Shown: positions 31,862-41,988 of the stretch, in pieces
Layout: the number at the start of each line of letters is the position of its first letter
How positions within the stretch are numbered: the first letter of the stretch is position 1
From: a virus
Strand: one strand, 5' to 3'
IMG/VR virus record: IMGVR_UViG_3300045988_023906
DNA length: 64,000 nucleotides
Notes under the pieces: generated by a model
Told to the model about the DNA's origin: nothing
What the model saw: only the letters and a program-made list of their open reading frames with translations
Databases searched by the model: none
Program-made: the position numbers and the translations under genes

Positions 31862-34133
31862 ATATCAAACTGAGCTAACTGAGGAATTGGTTAATAGCCT
31901 TCCTCAGGAAGTTCAGGACCAGTTATTTGATATTATAAATAATGTAGAGTTTGTCAAGAGATTGATAAGTCCTACAAGAGAATATGCTAAGGATAGACCA
32001 AGGGATGATAGGGGTAGAATCATTGTAGACTTGGCTAATCCTCATATATTAGAGGATATGGATTACTTCAGACCATCTGCTATACATTATGAGAAGTATG
32101 GTACATTTACTAACCTTAGACCTAATGCCAATCCTAATAGTGAATATGGTAAGTGGGTAAGAGAGGAAAGAAGAAGAATCTGGGATGGTTATGTAAGGGA
32201 AAGTGATGGAGAATGGGTTACAGGATATATGTATTGGTTCCTTAATTATTCTCCTATGATGCTCTCTAAGATTAGAGAGTATAAGGATAAGAATGGTAAG
32301 AAGAAAAAGTCCAAGAGGGCTGATAGAGTAGAGGCATTACCTGAATGTTGGGAAGGTATCTATTGGAGATTCCATTGCTTAGACCAAGCATCAAATGGTG
32401 GTTTATACAATAACTTTGGGGGAGGTCAGCACATGGCTGAACTTGCTTCCAGAGGTAAAGGTAAGTCATATAGTCTTGCATCTATACTTAACCATATCTT
32501 TGTGGTAGGTGAGAATGAGGAAGCACATGAAAAGGTAAAGGGTATAGTAACTGCCTATCAGAAGGAGTATCTTACTAAGGATGGTGTCCTTAATAAGTTT
32601 GTAGATATGGCTAACTTCTGTGCAACCAATACCCAGTTTCCAAGAAAGAGATTAAAGAACTCTTTACAGGAAATGACATGGATAATGGGGTATAAGGATG
32701 TAGAGTTGGATATTGAAAGAGGTACTCAGAATACAGTACTTGGAGTATCATCTAAGGATGATGAGTCTAAGTTGAGAGGTAAGAGAGCTGCTAAGATTCT
32801 TATTGAAGAGTTTGGTACATTCCCAAGATTAGTTGATTTGTATAATGTGCTTTTACCTTCAGTACAGGAAGGTGATATTGTCTTTGGACAAATCTATATG
32901 TTAGGTACTGCTGGTGATAATGAATCAGACTTTGCTGGTGCTCAGGAAATCATGTATAACCCTAAAGGTTATAATATGTATGCTTTACCTAATGTATTTG
33001 ATAAGTACAACCAAGGTAAACCTTACTTTGTATTCTTCTTTCCTGGCTATGTGAATAGAAAGGGATGTTATAATGAGAATGGTGTATCTGATGTAATTAA
33101 GGCTCTGATTGAAATTCTTATGAATAGGTATAGGGTAAAGTATAATTCTACTGACCCTAACACTATTATTAAGACTATTGCTGAGGTTCCTATTACTCCT
33201 GCTGAAGCTATTGTTAAGACAGGTGTAAATATGTTTCCTATAGCTGACTTGACTGAAAGAATAGGTCAATTGGATGCTAATCCTACAGAATATGATGGTG
33301 TATATGTAGGTGATTTGGTATTCAATAAAGATGGTCAGGTGGAGTATAAACCTACCTCTGCTACACCTATTAGGGATTTCCCACATAAGGATAATAAGAT
33401 AGAGGGTGCTATTGAAATATATCAGTTACCTGAGATTGATAGGAATACAGGTAAGCCATACAATGATAGGTATATATTAGGTGCTGACCCTTATGATGAT
33501 GATGAATCAAATACTATGTCTTTAGGTTCTATATTTGTACTGGATTTATGGACAGATAGGATAGTAGCTGAATACACTGGAAGACCTCCTTTTGCTGATG
33601 ATTACTATGAGATTTGTAGAAAGCTTTGTCTATTCTACAATGGCAGGCTGAACTATGAGTACAATAAAAAAGGTCTATTCTCTCACTTCTCGACAAGAAA
33701 TAGTCTCTATCTTCTTACAGATGTTCTTGATTTCTTAAAGGAAAAGCAGATGATGAAAGATGGCTATGGTAACAAGTCAAAAGGTACTAATGCCTCTCCT
33801 GCCATTAATGCTTATGCAAGGAGTAGATTGAGAAGCTGGCTATTAGCTCCAGTTCCTATTATGCAAACTATTGATGGAGAAGAGAAAGAGGTAATGGTTC
33901 CAAGACTATTTACTGTGAGGAACAGAGCACTGCTGAAAGAGCTTATTAATTACAACTCTGAGGGTAACTTCGATAGAATATCTGCTATGGGTATGTTGAT
34001 GCTTCTAAGGGAAGATAGAATGATAAGATACCAAGGAGATGTTAGTAAGGAAAAGCAGGAGAGGGCTAATAATAGCTATGATGGTAATGACCCATTCTTC
34101 AAGAGGAACTATGACTTTAGGTTTGGGCAGTAA
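31833..34133 (+). CDS. terL: terminase large subunit
   Basis: 766 aa. It has a Walker A-like LASRGKGKSY, a Walker B-like AKILIEEFG and a nuclease-type ILGADPYDDD. It lies immediately upstream of the portal. Confidence 0.8.
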   Translation: MEFQKIPMNKYQTELTEELVNSLPQEVQDQLFDIINNVEFVKRLISPTREYAKDRPRDDRGRIIVDLANPHILEDMDYFRPSAIHYEKYGTFTNLRPNANPNSEYGKWVREERRRIWDGYVRESDGEWVTGYMYWFLNYSPMMLSKIREYKDKNGKKKKSKRADRVEALPECWEGIYWRFHCLDQASNGGLYNNFGGGQHMAELASRGKGKSYSLASILNHIFVVGENEEAHEKVKGIVTAYQKEYLTKDGVLNKFVDMANFCATNTQFPRKRLKNSLQEMTWIMGYKDVELDIERGTQNTVLGVSSKDDESKLRGKRAAKILIEEFGTFPRLVDLYNVLLPSVQEGDIVFGQIYMLGTAGDNESDFAGAQEIMYNPKGYNMYALPNVFDKYNQGKPYFVFFFPGYVNRKGCYNENGVSDVIKALIEILMNRYRVKYNSTDPNTIIKTIAEVPITPAEAIVKTGVNMFPIADLTERIGQLDANPTEYDGVYVGDLVFNKDGQVEYKPTSATPIRDFPHKDNKIEGAIEIYQLPEIDRNTGKPYNDRYILGADPYDDDESNTMSLGSIFVLDLWTDRIVAEYTGRPPFADDYYEICRKLCLFYNGRLNYEYNKKGLFSHFSTRNSLYLLTDVLDFLKEKQMMKDGYGNKSKGTNASPAINAYARSRLRSWLLAPVPIMQTIDGEEKEVMVPRLFTVRNRALLKELINYNSEGNFDRISAMGMLMLLREDRMIRYQGDVSKEKQERANNSYDGNDPFFKRNYDFRFGQ

Positions 34134-34201
34134 ATTTAGTAAAAATGGAGACTGATGGTTAATAAATTACTTATATACTTGCATAGGTCAAGGATTTTAC
34201 T

Positions 34202-34209
34202 TACCTTTG
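34202..34209 (+). promoter_or_regulatory. Bacteroides-type -7 box (TACCTTTG, within TTTTACTTACCTTTGCA)
   Basis: It lies 21 nt upstream of the GIY-YIG ATG at 34230. Confidence 0.6.
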
Positions 34210-34229
34210 CACAGTAATTAAATTGAAGT

Positions 34230-34916
34230 ATGAGGAAGAGAGATTATACTGTATATTTACATATAAACAAAGTGAATAAGAAAGTATATGTAGGAATAAC
34301 TTCTATGAGGGTAGAGAATAGATGGAGAGAAGGTAAAGGATATAAAAAGTGTGAAATCATGAATAAGGCGATACTAAAGTATGGTTGGAGTAATTTTGAA
34401 CACATTATACTCTGTAAGACTTCAAAGGATAGAGCTATAATTCTTGAAAAATCTCTTATAAAATTCTATAAGAATAGGAGAATAAGCTATAATATCTCTG
34501 GTGGGGGAGAGGATGCAGGCACTGTCAGTGAATACACTAAAGAAAAGCTTAGACAATATAAGGGAGAGAAATCTTCTATGTTTGGTAAGCATCCATCTAA
34601 AGAGACAATAGAAAAGAGAATAAGTACAAGAAAAGCTTTAGGGCATTATTCTAAAGACACTTCATGGTTAGCTCCATACAGATTAAGAAAAGGAAAAGAA
34701 AGTCCTATGTATGGGAGGAAGCCAAGTGAAAACACCTTATTGGCCCATAGAAAAGTAATACTTCAATTTAGTTTAGATGGAGAATTTATAAAAGAATTTA
34801 GTTCAATTAAGGAAGCCTCTGGGGAGATTGGTATTTCCAAGCCAGCAATTGTGCATTGCTTAAAAGGAAAAACTAAAAAGGCAGGAGGATATAAATGGAA
34901 ATATAAATATGAGTGA
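34230..34916 (+). mobile_element. GIY-YIG homing endonuclease gene inserted between terL and the portal gene
   Basis: 228 aa. YTVYLHINKVNKKVYVGITSMRVENRWREGKGY carries GIY-YIG motifs, followed by NUMOD3-like repeats. The C-terminus reads EASGEIGISKPAIVHCLKGKTKKAGGYKWKY. Confidence 0.85.
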
Positions 34917-37332
34917 ATTTTGTCAATTGCCCCCTCAAAACTTACCTTTTAATAAAAAGACCAAGGAATGGAGAAAGAAACACTTGGATTTTGCTGATTC
35001 AAAGACATTTTTTAACTATAGTCTTGTAAGGAAGAGTGTTATTCATAAAAAGATAGCGTATGACTTACTTAATGGGAAGCTTCACATGAGTGACCTTGAG
35101 ATGATACTGAATCCTGAGAAGCTACAGGCAGGTTTCATACCTGATAGAATCCAACACTATCCTATTATGAATAGTAAGTTGAATGTGCTTAGAGGTGAGG
35201 AAAGTAAGAGAGTTTTTGACTTCAAAGTAGTAGTTACTAACCCTAATGCTATTACAGAGATAGAGAATAACAAGAAGCAAGAATTACTACAGAAGCTACA
35301 GGAATGGGTATCTAATACTTCTCAATCAGAAGAGGAGGCTAACCAAGAGCTTGAAAAGATAAATGATTACTACACCTATGAGTGGCAGGACATGAGGGAA
35401 ATTAGGGCTAATGCCCTTCTTAACCACTATGTAAAGGAGTTGAATATTCCTTTAATGTTCAATCAAGGGTTCATGGATGCAATGGCAGTTGGTGAAGAGA
35501 TTTATCAATGTGATATTGTAGGAGGTGAGCCTACTATTGAAAGACTAAATCCACTCAAAGTAAGAATCTTTAAGTCAGGATATAGCAATAAGATTGAGGA
35601 TGCAGATATGATAATCCTCGAAGATTATTGGAGTCCAGGCAAGGTTATTGATGCCTACTATGATGTATTGACAAAGAAAGACATGGAGTATATAGAGAAA
35701 ATGCCTGACCATGTAGGTCAAGCTGCTACAGACTCTATGGATAATATTGATGAGAGATATGGCTTTGTCAATAATCACATGATAGGGGATGAAATAAGTA
35801 CAGAGGGATTCTTTTGGGACCCATTAGGAGGATATGATGGGGTTAATAACTCACTTCTTCCTTATGATGTTGCAGGAAACTTGAGAGTACTTAGAGTATA
35901 TTGGAAGTCAAGAAGAAAGATTAAGAAGGTAAGAAGTTATGACCCTCAAACAGGTGAAGAAGTATTTAACTTCTACCCAGAGACTTATGTAATAGATAAG
36001 GATGCTGGAGAAGAAGAGCAGATATTCTACATCAATGAAGCATGGGAAGGAACTAAGATTGGCACAGACATTTATGTCAATATGAGACCAAGAGTAGTTC
36101 AGTACAACAGACTAAGCAACCCTTCAAGATGTCACTTTGGAATTGTAGGTTCTATTTATAACCTTAATGACAACAGACCATTCAGCTTGGTGGATATGAT
36201 GAAGCCATATAACTACTTGTATGATGCAATACATGATAGATTAAATAAGCTGATAGCAAGAAACTGGGGTTCATTGGTGAGATTAGATTTTGCCAAGAAA
36301 CCTAAGGGATGGGATGTAGAGAAATGGTTATACTATGCAAAGACTATGGGTCTTGCAGTAGAAGATAGCTTCAATGAAGGTAATGTAGGTGCAGCTACAG
36401 GTAAACTTGCAGGTGCATTAAACAATGCTTCTACTGGGGTAATTGCAGCTTCTGATGGTAATCAGATACAGCAATACATTAATCTTCTTGAGTTTATCAA
36501 GATGGAAATGGCAGAAGTTGCTGGCATTACCAGGCAAAGAGAAGGTCAGGTAAGTAATAGAGAGACAGTAGGTGGAGTAGAGAGAAGCATGATGCAGTCT
36601 TCTCATATTACAGAGTGGCTATTTGTAGTACATGAGGATGTCAAGAAGAGGGCATTAGAGTGTTTGCTTGAAACAGCTAAGATAGCATTAAGAGGCAGAA
36701 GCAAGAAGTTCCAATATATCTTGTCTGATAATTCAATAAGAGTTATGGAGATAGATGGTGATGAATTTGCAGAAGCTGATTATGGTCTTGTAGTGGATAA
36801 TAGCAATGGTGTTCAAGAATTAAACTCAAAACTTGATACTTTAGCTCAGGCAGCATTGCAGAACCAGACTCTATCATTCTCAACTATTATGAAGTTATTC
36901 AGTTCATCTTCGCTTGCTGAAAAGCAGAGACTTGTTGAAAAGGATGAAAGAAGTATTCAAGAAAGACAGGCTCAAGCTCAACAACAGCAATTGCAGGTAC
37001 AGCAACAAGAGATAGAACAGAAGGCTCAGATGGAACAGGCTAAGATGCAACAGGAAGATGCTCTTAACCAAAGAGATAATGAGACAAAGATTATTATTGC
37101 ACAAATGCAAGCTTATAGCAAGAATAGTGAAGATGATGGTATAGTAGAACCTGAATATTCACAAGAGGCTAAAGACAAGCTAATGGAGCAGATGAGGGAA
37201 TTTGATTTAAGACTTAAGCTTGATAAGGAAAGGCTGGAGCATGATAAGGAGAAGGCTAAAACTGATGCAAGGCTCAAGGAAAAACAAATAAATAAGCAGA
37301 AAGCAACTTCTAATAACAATAATAAGCAATGA
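34909..37332 (+). CDS. portal protein
   Basis: 807 aa. The call rests on size, position next to terL, and a Gln/Lys/Glu-rich C-terminal low-complexity tail. Confidence 0.7.
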   Translation: MSEFCQLPPQNLPFNKKTKEWRKKHLDFADSKTFFNYSLVRKSVIHKKIAYDLLNGKLHMSDLEMILNPEKLQAGFIPDRIQHYPIMNSKLNVLRGEESKRVFDFKVVVTNPNAITEIENNKKQELLQKLQEWVSNTSQSEEEANQELEKINDYYTYEWQDMREIRANALLNHYVKELNIPLMFNQGFMDAMAVGEEIYQCDIVGGEPTIERLNPLKVRIFKSGYSNKIEDADMIILEDYWSPGKVIDAYYDVLTKKDMEYIEKMPDHVGQAATDSMDNIDERYGFVNNHMIGDEISTEGFFWDPLGGYDGVNNSLLPYDVAGNLRVLRVYWKSRRKIKKVRSYDPQTGEEVFNFYPETYVIDKDAGEEEQIFYINEAWEGTKIGTDIYVNMRPRVVQYNRLSNPSRCHFGIVGSIYNLNDNRPFSLVDMMKPYNYLYDAIHDRLNKLIARNWGSLVRLDFAKKPKGWDVEKWLYYAKTMGLAVEDSFNEGNVGAATGKLAGALNNASTGVIAASDGNQIQQYINLLEFIKMEMAEVAGITRQREGQVSNRETVGGVERSMMQSSHITEWLFVVHEDVKKRALECLLETAKIALRGRSKKFQYILSDNSIRVMEIDGDEFAEADYGLVVDNSNGVQELNSKLDTLAQAALQNQTLSFSTIMKLFSSSSLAEKQRLVEKDERSIQERQAQAQQQQLQVQQQEIEQKAQMEQAKMQQEDALNQRDNETKIIIAQMQAYSKNSEDDGIVEPEYSQEAKDKLMEQMREFDLRLKLDKERLEHDKEKAKTDARLKEKQINKQKATSNNNNKQ

Positions 37333-38198
37333 AAAAATTTAGAGATATTATACAAGATATAAAAGCTCCAAGCACAAGTGACCTCTGGATTAATAATGGA
37401 GAGTTGAAGTACTATACTAGTAATGGCTGGAGAGCCATTACCAGTAATGGCTCTTCCGATGTATATGTTCTACCGGGTAACCTTCAAACAACAGAAGGAT
37501 GGTCTACAACAGACGTAGAATCTATTGTAGGGAATTGGGATGAGTTTACAAAAGCTGTCTCAGGTGGTAAGATAATTGTTGGTTATTTTCAAAACGAGGG
37601 ACAATTTGTCAAAAGTACAGCCTCAGTGATAGAAAATGGCGGGGTAACCTTTTTAAGTTTTAGCTTTTATCAGCTTCTTTGTGTATATATTATTGACCAA
37701 AGTTATATAACTATTGTTACTATTGATAATTTTCTTTGTGTGAGTTCTGTTGTAGACGGACTAAATAGTTCAGGAACTGAACTACCTCTCTCTGCCAACC
37801 AAGGTAGGATTCTTAATGATAGGGTAACAGAATTAGAGAGTAAGTCTAATGTTGCAGTGCTTACACCTACAGGTACAAAACTAACGGAGTTGGTATCCAG
37901 TAGTCCTAATGTTACACAAGAGCAGTTGGCTGAAGCAGGTTTCACTCCTGAAATATGTAGAAGGTTGAATGCTGGAGAAGTGATTTACATGAGTGGTGAA
38001 TGTGCTGGTTTTGGTAATGATGCTTTGTATCCAATACAGGGTATTGCCCCTAATTCCTCTCCTGACTTAGTACCGTCTAGATTGTGCTACTGTCACTATA
38101 GTAGTTATAATGCGGATGGCACTGCTAATGGAGGGTGCTTTACTACAATTAAGAAGCAATCCTCAGGTCAGTACCTTGTAGATTATATTGAGTTGTAG
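37329..38198 (+). CDS. fibre-like structural protein
   Basis: 289 aa. The N-terminal DLWINNGELKYYTSNGWRAI motif is shared with the next mini-ORF. It contains the LSANQGRILNDR fibre repeat. Confidence 0.55.
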   Translation: MKKFRDIIQDIKAPSTSDLWINNGELKYYTSNGWRAITSNGSSDVYVLPGNLQTTEGWSTTDVESIVGNWDEFTKAVSGGKIIVGYFQNEGQFVKSTASVIENGGVTFLSFSFYQLLCVYIIDQSYITIVTIDNFLCVSSVVDGLNSSGTELPLSANQGRILNDRVTELESKSNVAVLTPTGTKLTELVSSSPNVTQEQLAEAGFTPEICRRLNAGEVIYMSGECAGFGNDALYPIQGIAPNSSPDLVPSRLCYCHYSSYNADGTANGGCFTTIKKQSSGQYLVDYIEL

Positions 38199-38199
38199 T

Positions 38200-38352
38200 A
38201 TGGAAATGATGAAAAAGAAACAGGTTGTTGCTTCCCATAATAGAGAGCCTCTTATAGAGAATCTATGGTTAAGGGATGGCAAGTTGCTATACTTTGTCAA
38301 TGGAGAGTGGCAACCTGTATTAGGTCAAGATTCTAAAGTAATTATAGAGTAA
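38200..38352 (+). CDS. 50-aa ORF carrying the fibre N-terminal anchor motif
   Basis: Manual translation gives MEMMKKKQVVASHNREPLIENLWLRDGKLLYFVNGEWQPVLGQDSKVIIE. It repeats the LW..G.L.Y..G.W motif of 37329-38198. It is below the ORF-track cutoff. Confidence 0.35.
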   Translation: MEMMKKKQVVASHNREPLIENLWLRDGKLLYFVNGEWQPVLGQDSKVIIE

Positions 38353-38353
38353 C

Positions 38354-38545
38354 ATGTTCACTAAGAATCAAATAGAAGAAATTAGAGACAAATTGGCTCA
38401 GTTGGGAGTCAAGGATACAGAGTTTAAGGTAACAGAAGAAGCATCTGAAGATGATATGATAGCCATTGTCTCAGGTGGTGAGAATAAGATAATCCTGTTG
38501 AAAGACCTATTGAGTGAAGCAGCAGGTACTATTATTATCGAGTAA
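38354..38545 (+). CDS. hypothetical small protein
   Basis: 63-aa ORF. Its stop codon runs directly into the A19 tract. Confidence 0.4.
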   Translation: MFTKNQIEEIRDKLAQLGVKDTEFKVTEEASEDDMIAIVSGGENKIILLKDLLSEAAGTIIIE

Positions 38546-38562
38546 AAAAAAAAAAAAAAAAA
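38544..38562. repeat. A19 homopolymer tract
   Basis: Counted directly. It is intergenic and ends 2 nt before the ATG at 38565. Confidence 0.9.
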
Positions 38563-38564
38563 GA

Positions 38565-40271
38565 ATGAAGATTGTTAATTCAATTATGCCAATGAGTGAT
38601 GTAAAGGCATTAGCAGCAAGCGGACAAAAATTAAGAGTAGCAGTAACAAAAACTTCCGCACAAGGTAGGGATGCACAAAGTACTACACCCAATTTAATGT
38701 CTTTCAGTATTGATGAAAGCAGTGTGTGGTTTAATGGAAAGAAGTATGGGGTACATAAATTTAATAATGTTTCAAGCCTGAATACTAACTCAACAGCAGA
38801 ACAGGTATTGTCTGCTTTGAATGTCAGGGAATCTTCTGAACTTTATGATTTAGCCCATAAAGGTGTACTTTTCATAGATACCATTTCTGGAAATACGATA
38901 GTAAAATATGAAGATGGGGATGACACTTTCCAACTCTATGTACCAAGCTCAAATTTAGAGTCAATAGAGAGACTTACTATTAATGTATCTAGTAATAAAG
39001 TGGTAAAGTTGACCACTACATCTCATTTAATGGTTGATGATATCAGGAATACTCTAACCTCTGCTGAGACTGCCAAGGTTCTTTCAGCCGCAATGGGCAA
39101 GAAGCTCCAGGATGAGAAGTTGGCTAAGACAGATGTGGTGAACAACCTAACTACGGATGAAGCTTCAAAAGCCTTATCAGCGGCACAGGGTAAAGCGTTG
39201 AATGACAAGTTTAATGGGAACAAGATAAATATCAACTTCTCAGCTATTTCAGATTCAACAAATAATGCCACTATAAAAGGCTACATGGGGAACATAAATG
39301 GTGACACTCTTGTTAGTAAGCTTACTTATGGTGCAAATCTGGTTGACAGTAGTAGTAATGATTGGGTAATTACTTTGCAGGAGGTAAGTGATACAAAGGT
39401 ATCATTTACAGGTATTAAATTCACAGATTTTAACTTATGCAGTAAGAATGTATCAGTTACTATAAGTGGCGGTAATTATACAAATGTGACTGTTGCTCAG
39501 GATAATAGGCTTGTACCTGCTATAAACAATACCTTAACTTCAACTAGTACTAGTGAGGCTCTTTCAGCAGCTCAAGGTAAAGTTCTTAATGACAGAATCT
39601 CAGGTTTGGGCAATGTGTATAGAGTGAGGGGTACTAAGACTAACTTATCTGATGTACTAGCCCTTACTGATGCAAAGGTTGGTGATGTTTGGAATGTGAC
39701 TAATGCCTTTATTTTAGGTGATAAGCCATATCCTGCAAATACCAATGTTGTATGTATTACAGCAACTAGCTCATCTGACCACGATGGAGGAAATTGGGAC
39801 CCGTTGGGAGGTACTGTTGATTTGAATTCTTATGTGCCTAAGAGTGATATAGTTGATAACCTATCAACTTCAGATTCAAAAAAGCCTCTCTCTGCTAAAC
39901 AAGGACTTGCCCTTGCTGATATGATAACGAAATTAAAAGCTGATAAGGAGACCTATCAGCTTCCCAAAGCACTTGTAAGTGGCACACTATCCACTCAGAA
40001 TGAAATAGATACTATTCTAGGTTCCTATAGTAGCTTCAATGCCGCCCTTAATGCAGGTAAGGTAATACATGGAGTATATAAAGACAGCATCAACAGAATG
40101 AATACAGTAGCATTCTCAGCATTCAATGATACTACTAACAGTAGGGTTGAAATGTTTGCGATACTGAATAATTCTACCTTACTATATATACAGGCTACTT
40201 ATAGTGGGGCTAGTTGGGTTAGTGCTACCACAAGGGAAGAGTCTTTTAATGCAAGCATCACTATAGAATAA
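38565..40271 (+). CDS. tail fibre protein with repeated N.LTS....ALSAAQGK.LND motifs
   Basis: The ORF track starts at 38514, inside the A-run. I prefer MKIVNS at 38565. There are four copies of the (L/V)SA.QG..L motif. Confidence 0.65.
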   Translation: MKIVNSIMPMSDVKALAASGQKLRVAVTKTSAQGRDAQSTTPNLMSFSIDESSVWFNGKKYGVHKFNNVSSLNTNSTAEQVLSALNVRESSELYDLAHKGVLFIDTISGNTIVKYEDGDDTFQLYVPSSNLESIERLTINVSSNKVVKLTTTSHLMVDDIRNTLTSAETAKVLSAAMGKKLQDEKLAKTDVVNNLTTDEASKALSAAQGKALNDKFNGNKININFSAISDSTNNATIKGYMGNINGDTLVSKLTYGANLVDSSSNDWVITLQEVSDTKVSFTGIKFTDFNLCSKNVSVTISGGNYTNVTVAQDNRLVPAINNTLTSTSTSEALSAAQGKVLNDRISGLGNVYRVRGTKTNLSDVLALTDAKVGDVWNVTNAFILGDKPYPANTNVVCITATSSSDHDGGNWDPLGGTVDLNSYVPKSDIVDNLSTSDSKKPLSAKQGLALADMITKLKADKETYQLPKALVSGTLSTQNEIDTILGSYSSFNAALNAGKVIHGVYKDSINRMNTVAFSAFNDTTNSRVEMFAILNNSTLLYIQATYSGASWVSATTREESFNASITIE

Positions 40272-40281
40272 AAAAAAAGTT

Positions 40282-41988
40282 ATGAGTGCAGAAGGTAAAG
40301 AGTTTAAAGTAAATGTATCTACCGACAGAGCTACTGCAATAAGTAGCTCTGCTGGCAGTTACCCTAATGTGTTGTATTTCCCTATAGATGATGATAATGT
40401 CATCATATTTAATGGGAACATATATGATTGGAATGCAAGTGTAACTTCCCCCAAGTTAATCTCCTCAGGAGACCTGAATACATATAGGGGAACTCAATAT
40501 TTAGGTGTTTATTATGCCAATTATGGCAATAGTATAAGTAATAAACCTTCTGGAGTATCACAGTTTGCATTACATGTGCTCTTGGAGAATAATGACTCTT
40601 CGACTATACAGGTACTTTATTCAAAAAACAAGATATATACTAGAGCTTATGAGTCATCTTCTTGGTCTTCTTGGACTGAGATTGGTGCAGGAGGTGTAAC
40701 TTCTATACCTCAAGCTTCTAGTTCAGCATTAGGAGGTATAAAGATAGGGTACTCTGATAATGGCAGGAATTATGCTGTAGAGTTGGATAGTTCTGGTAAG
40801 GCTTATGTTAATGTACCATGGACAGATACAAATACAACATATAATGTTGCTACTGCTAGTGCCAATGGACTTATGAGTTCCAGTGATAAGTCCAAGCTTA
40901 ATGGAATCCAAGCAGGTGCAGATGCTGTGTCATTCAGCAGGTCTTTGTCTTCAGGTACAAAGATAGGTACCATTAATATTAATGGTGTCAATACTGACAT
41001 ATATGCTCCAACAGCAGGAGAGCCAGTTAAATATGAAGTAGCTACCTCAACTACACTAGGATTGGTCAGGATTGGGTATCCTGAGAGTGGTAAGAATTAT
41101 CCTGTTGAGCTTAATTCCTCAAATCAGATGTATGTCAATGTCCCTTGGACTGACAATAACACAACTTACTCAGCAGGAGCTGGACTTAATTTATCAGGAA
41201 CAGTTTTCTCCCTAAGGAAGGCAACACCTACTACACTAGGTGGTGTAAAGGTATCCAGCACTGAGATTAACACAATATCTACTGTTGCTGCTACTACTTT
41301 TGGTTTACAGAACAGAATATATCCTGTCCAGCTTGCTTATCCATCAGGTAGTGCAGGAACAGATGGTAATAAGGTACTTTCAGTGTATGTTCCTTGGGAG
41401 GATACTACTTATAGTGTAGTAAGTACCTCAAAGAATGGGTTAGTCAGTATGGATTCTGCATTGGCAGAGCTAGCCTACGAAGATAAGGATGCTGGTAACC
41501 TAGGTTCTCTTGCTAGATTTGGAGAGATGGGCATGTTGGAGGTTTCAACAATTATGGAAGATGACTTAGCTCTGGTTAATAAGAGTAATAGCTGGACAGC
41601 ATATCAGGACTTTAAGTCAGGTGCTGGTAATTCAGGCTCTGATATGAGATTCAAAAGGGAAGTCACATGTATGCCTGATGTGCTGGACAATCTGATGTCA
41701 TTAAATGTCATAAAGTATATATGGGAACACCCTGATGAAAATGGTATAAGATGCACTTTTGGTGTGAAAGCTGACCAGCTTCTGTCACTAGGTGGTGTAT
41801 ATGCTACTATGGTCCACAGCAGAGCTGATAAATATGATACCAAGTGGGTAGAATATGATAGATTTGGTGTGCTGGCAATCAAGGCATTACAGGAGGTTGT
41901 AATGAGGAACAAGCAACTGGAGAGCAGGATAGAATATCTTGAGGATACGATAAATTCTATGAGAAGAGTATGGGAAGAGAATTCATGA
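40282..41988 (+). CDS. tail fibre/spike with C-terminal intramolecular chaperone (peptidase S74-like) domain
   Basis: 568 aa. It has three repeats of the G.KY.VEL.SS...YVNVPWTD.NTTY type. The C-terminal SDMRFKREV...LNVIKYIWEH...FGVKADQL fits the S74 auto-cleaving chaperone. Confidence 0.75.
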   Translation: MSAEGKEFKVNVSTDRATAISSSAGSYPNVLYFPIDDDNVIIFNGNIYDWNASVTSPKLISSGDLNTYRGTQYLGVYYANYGNSISNKPSGVSQFALHVLLENNDSSTIQVLYSKNKIYTRAYESSSWSSWTEIGAGGVTSIPQASSSALGGIKIGYSDNGRNYAVELDSSGKAYVNVPWTDTNTTYNVATASANGLMSSSDKSKLNGIQAGADAVSFSRSLSSGTKIGTININGVNTDIYAPTAGEPVKYEVATSTTLGLVRIGYPESGKNYPVELNSSNQMYVNVPWTDNNTTYSAGAGLNLSGTVFSLRKATPTTLGGVKVSSTEINTISTVAATTFGLQNRIYPVQLAYPSGSAGTDGNKVLSVYVPWEDTTYSVVSTSKNGLVSMDSALAELAYEDKDAGNLGSLARFGEMGMLEVSTIMEDDLALVNKSNSWTAYQDFKSGAGNSGSDMRFKREVTCMPDVLDNLMSLNVIKYIWEHPDENGIRCTFGVKADQLLSLGGVYATMVHSRADKYDTKWVEYDRFGVLAIKALQEVVMRNKQLESRIEYLEDTINSMRRVWEENS

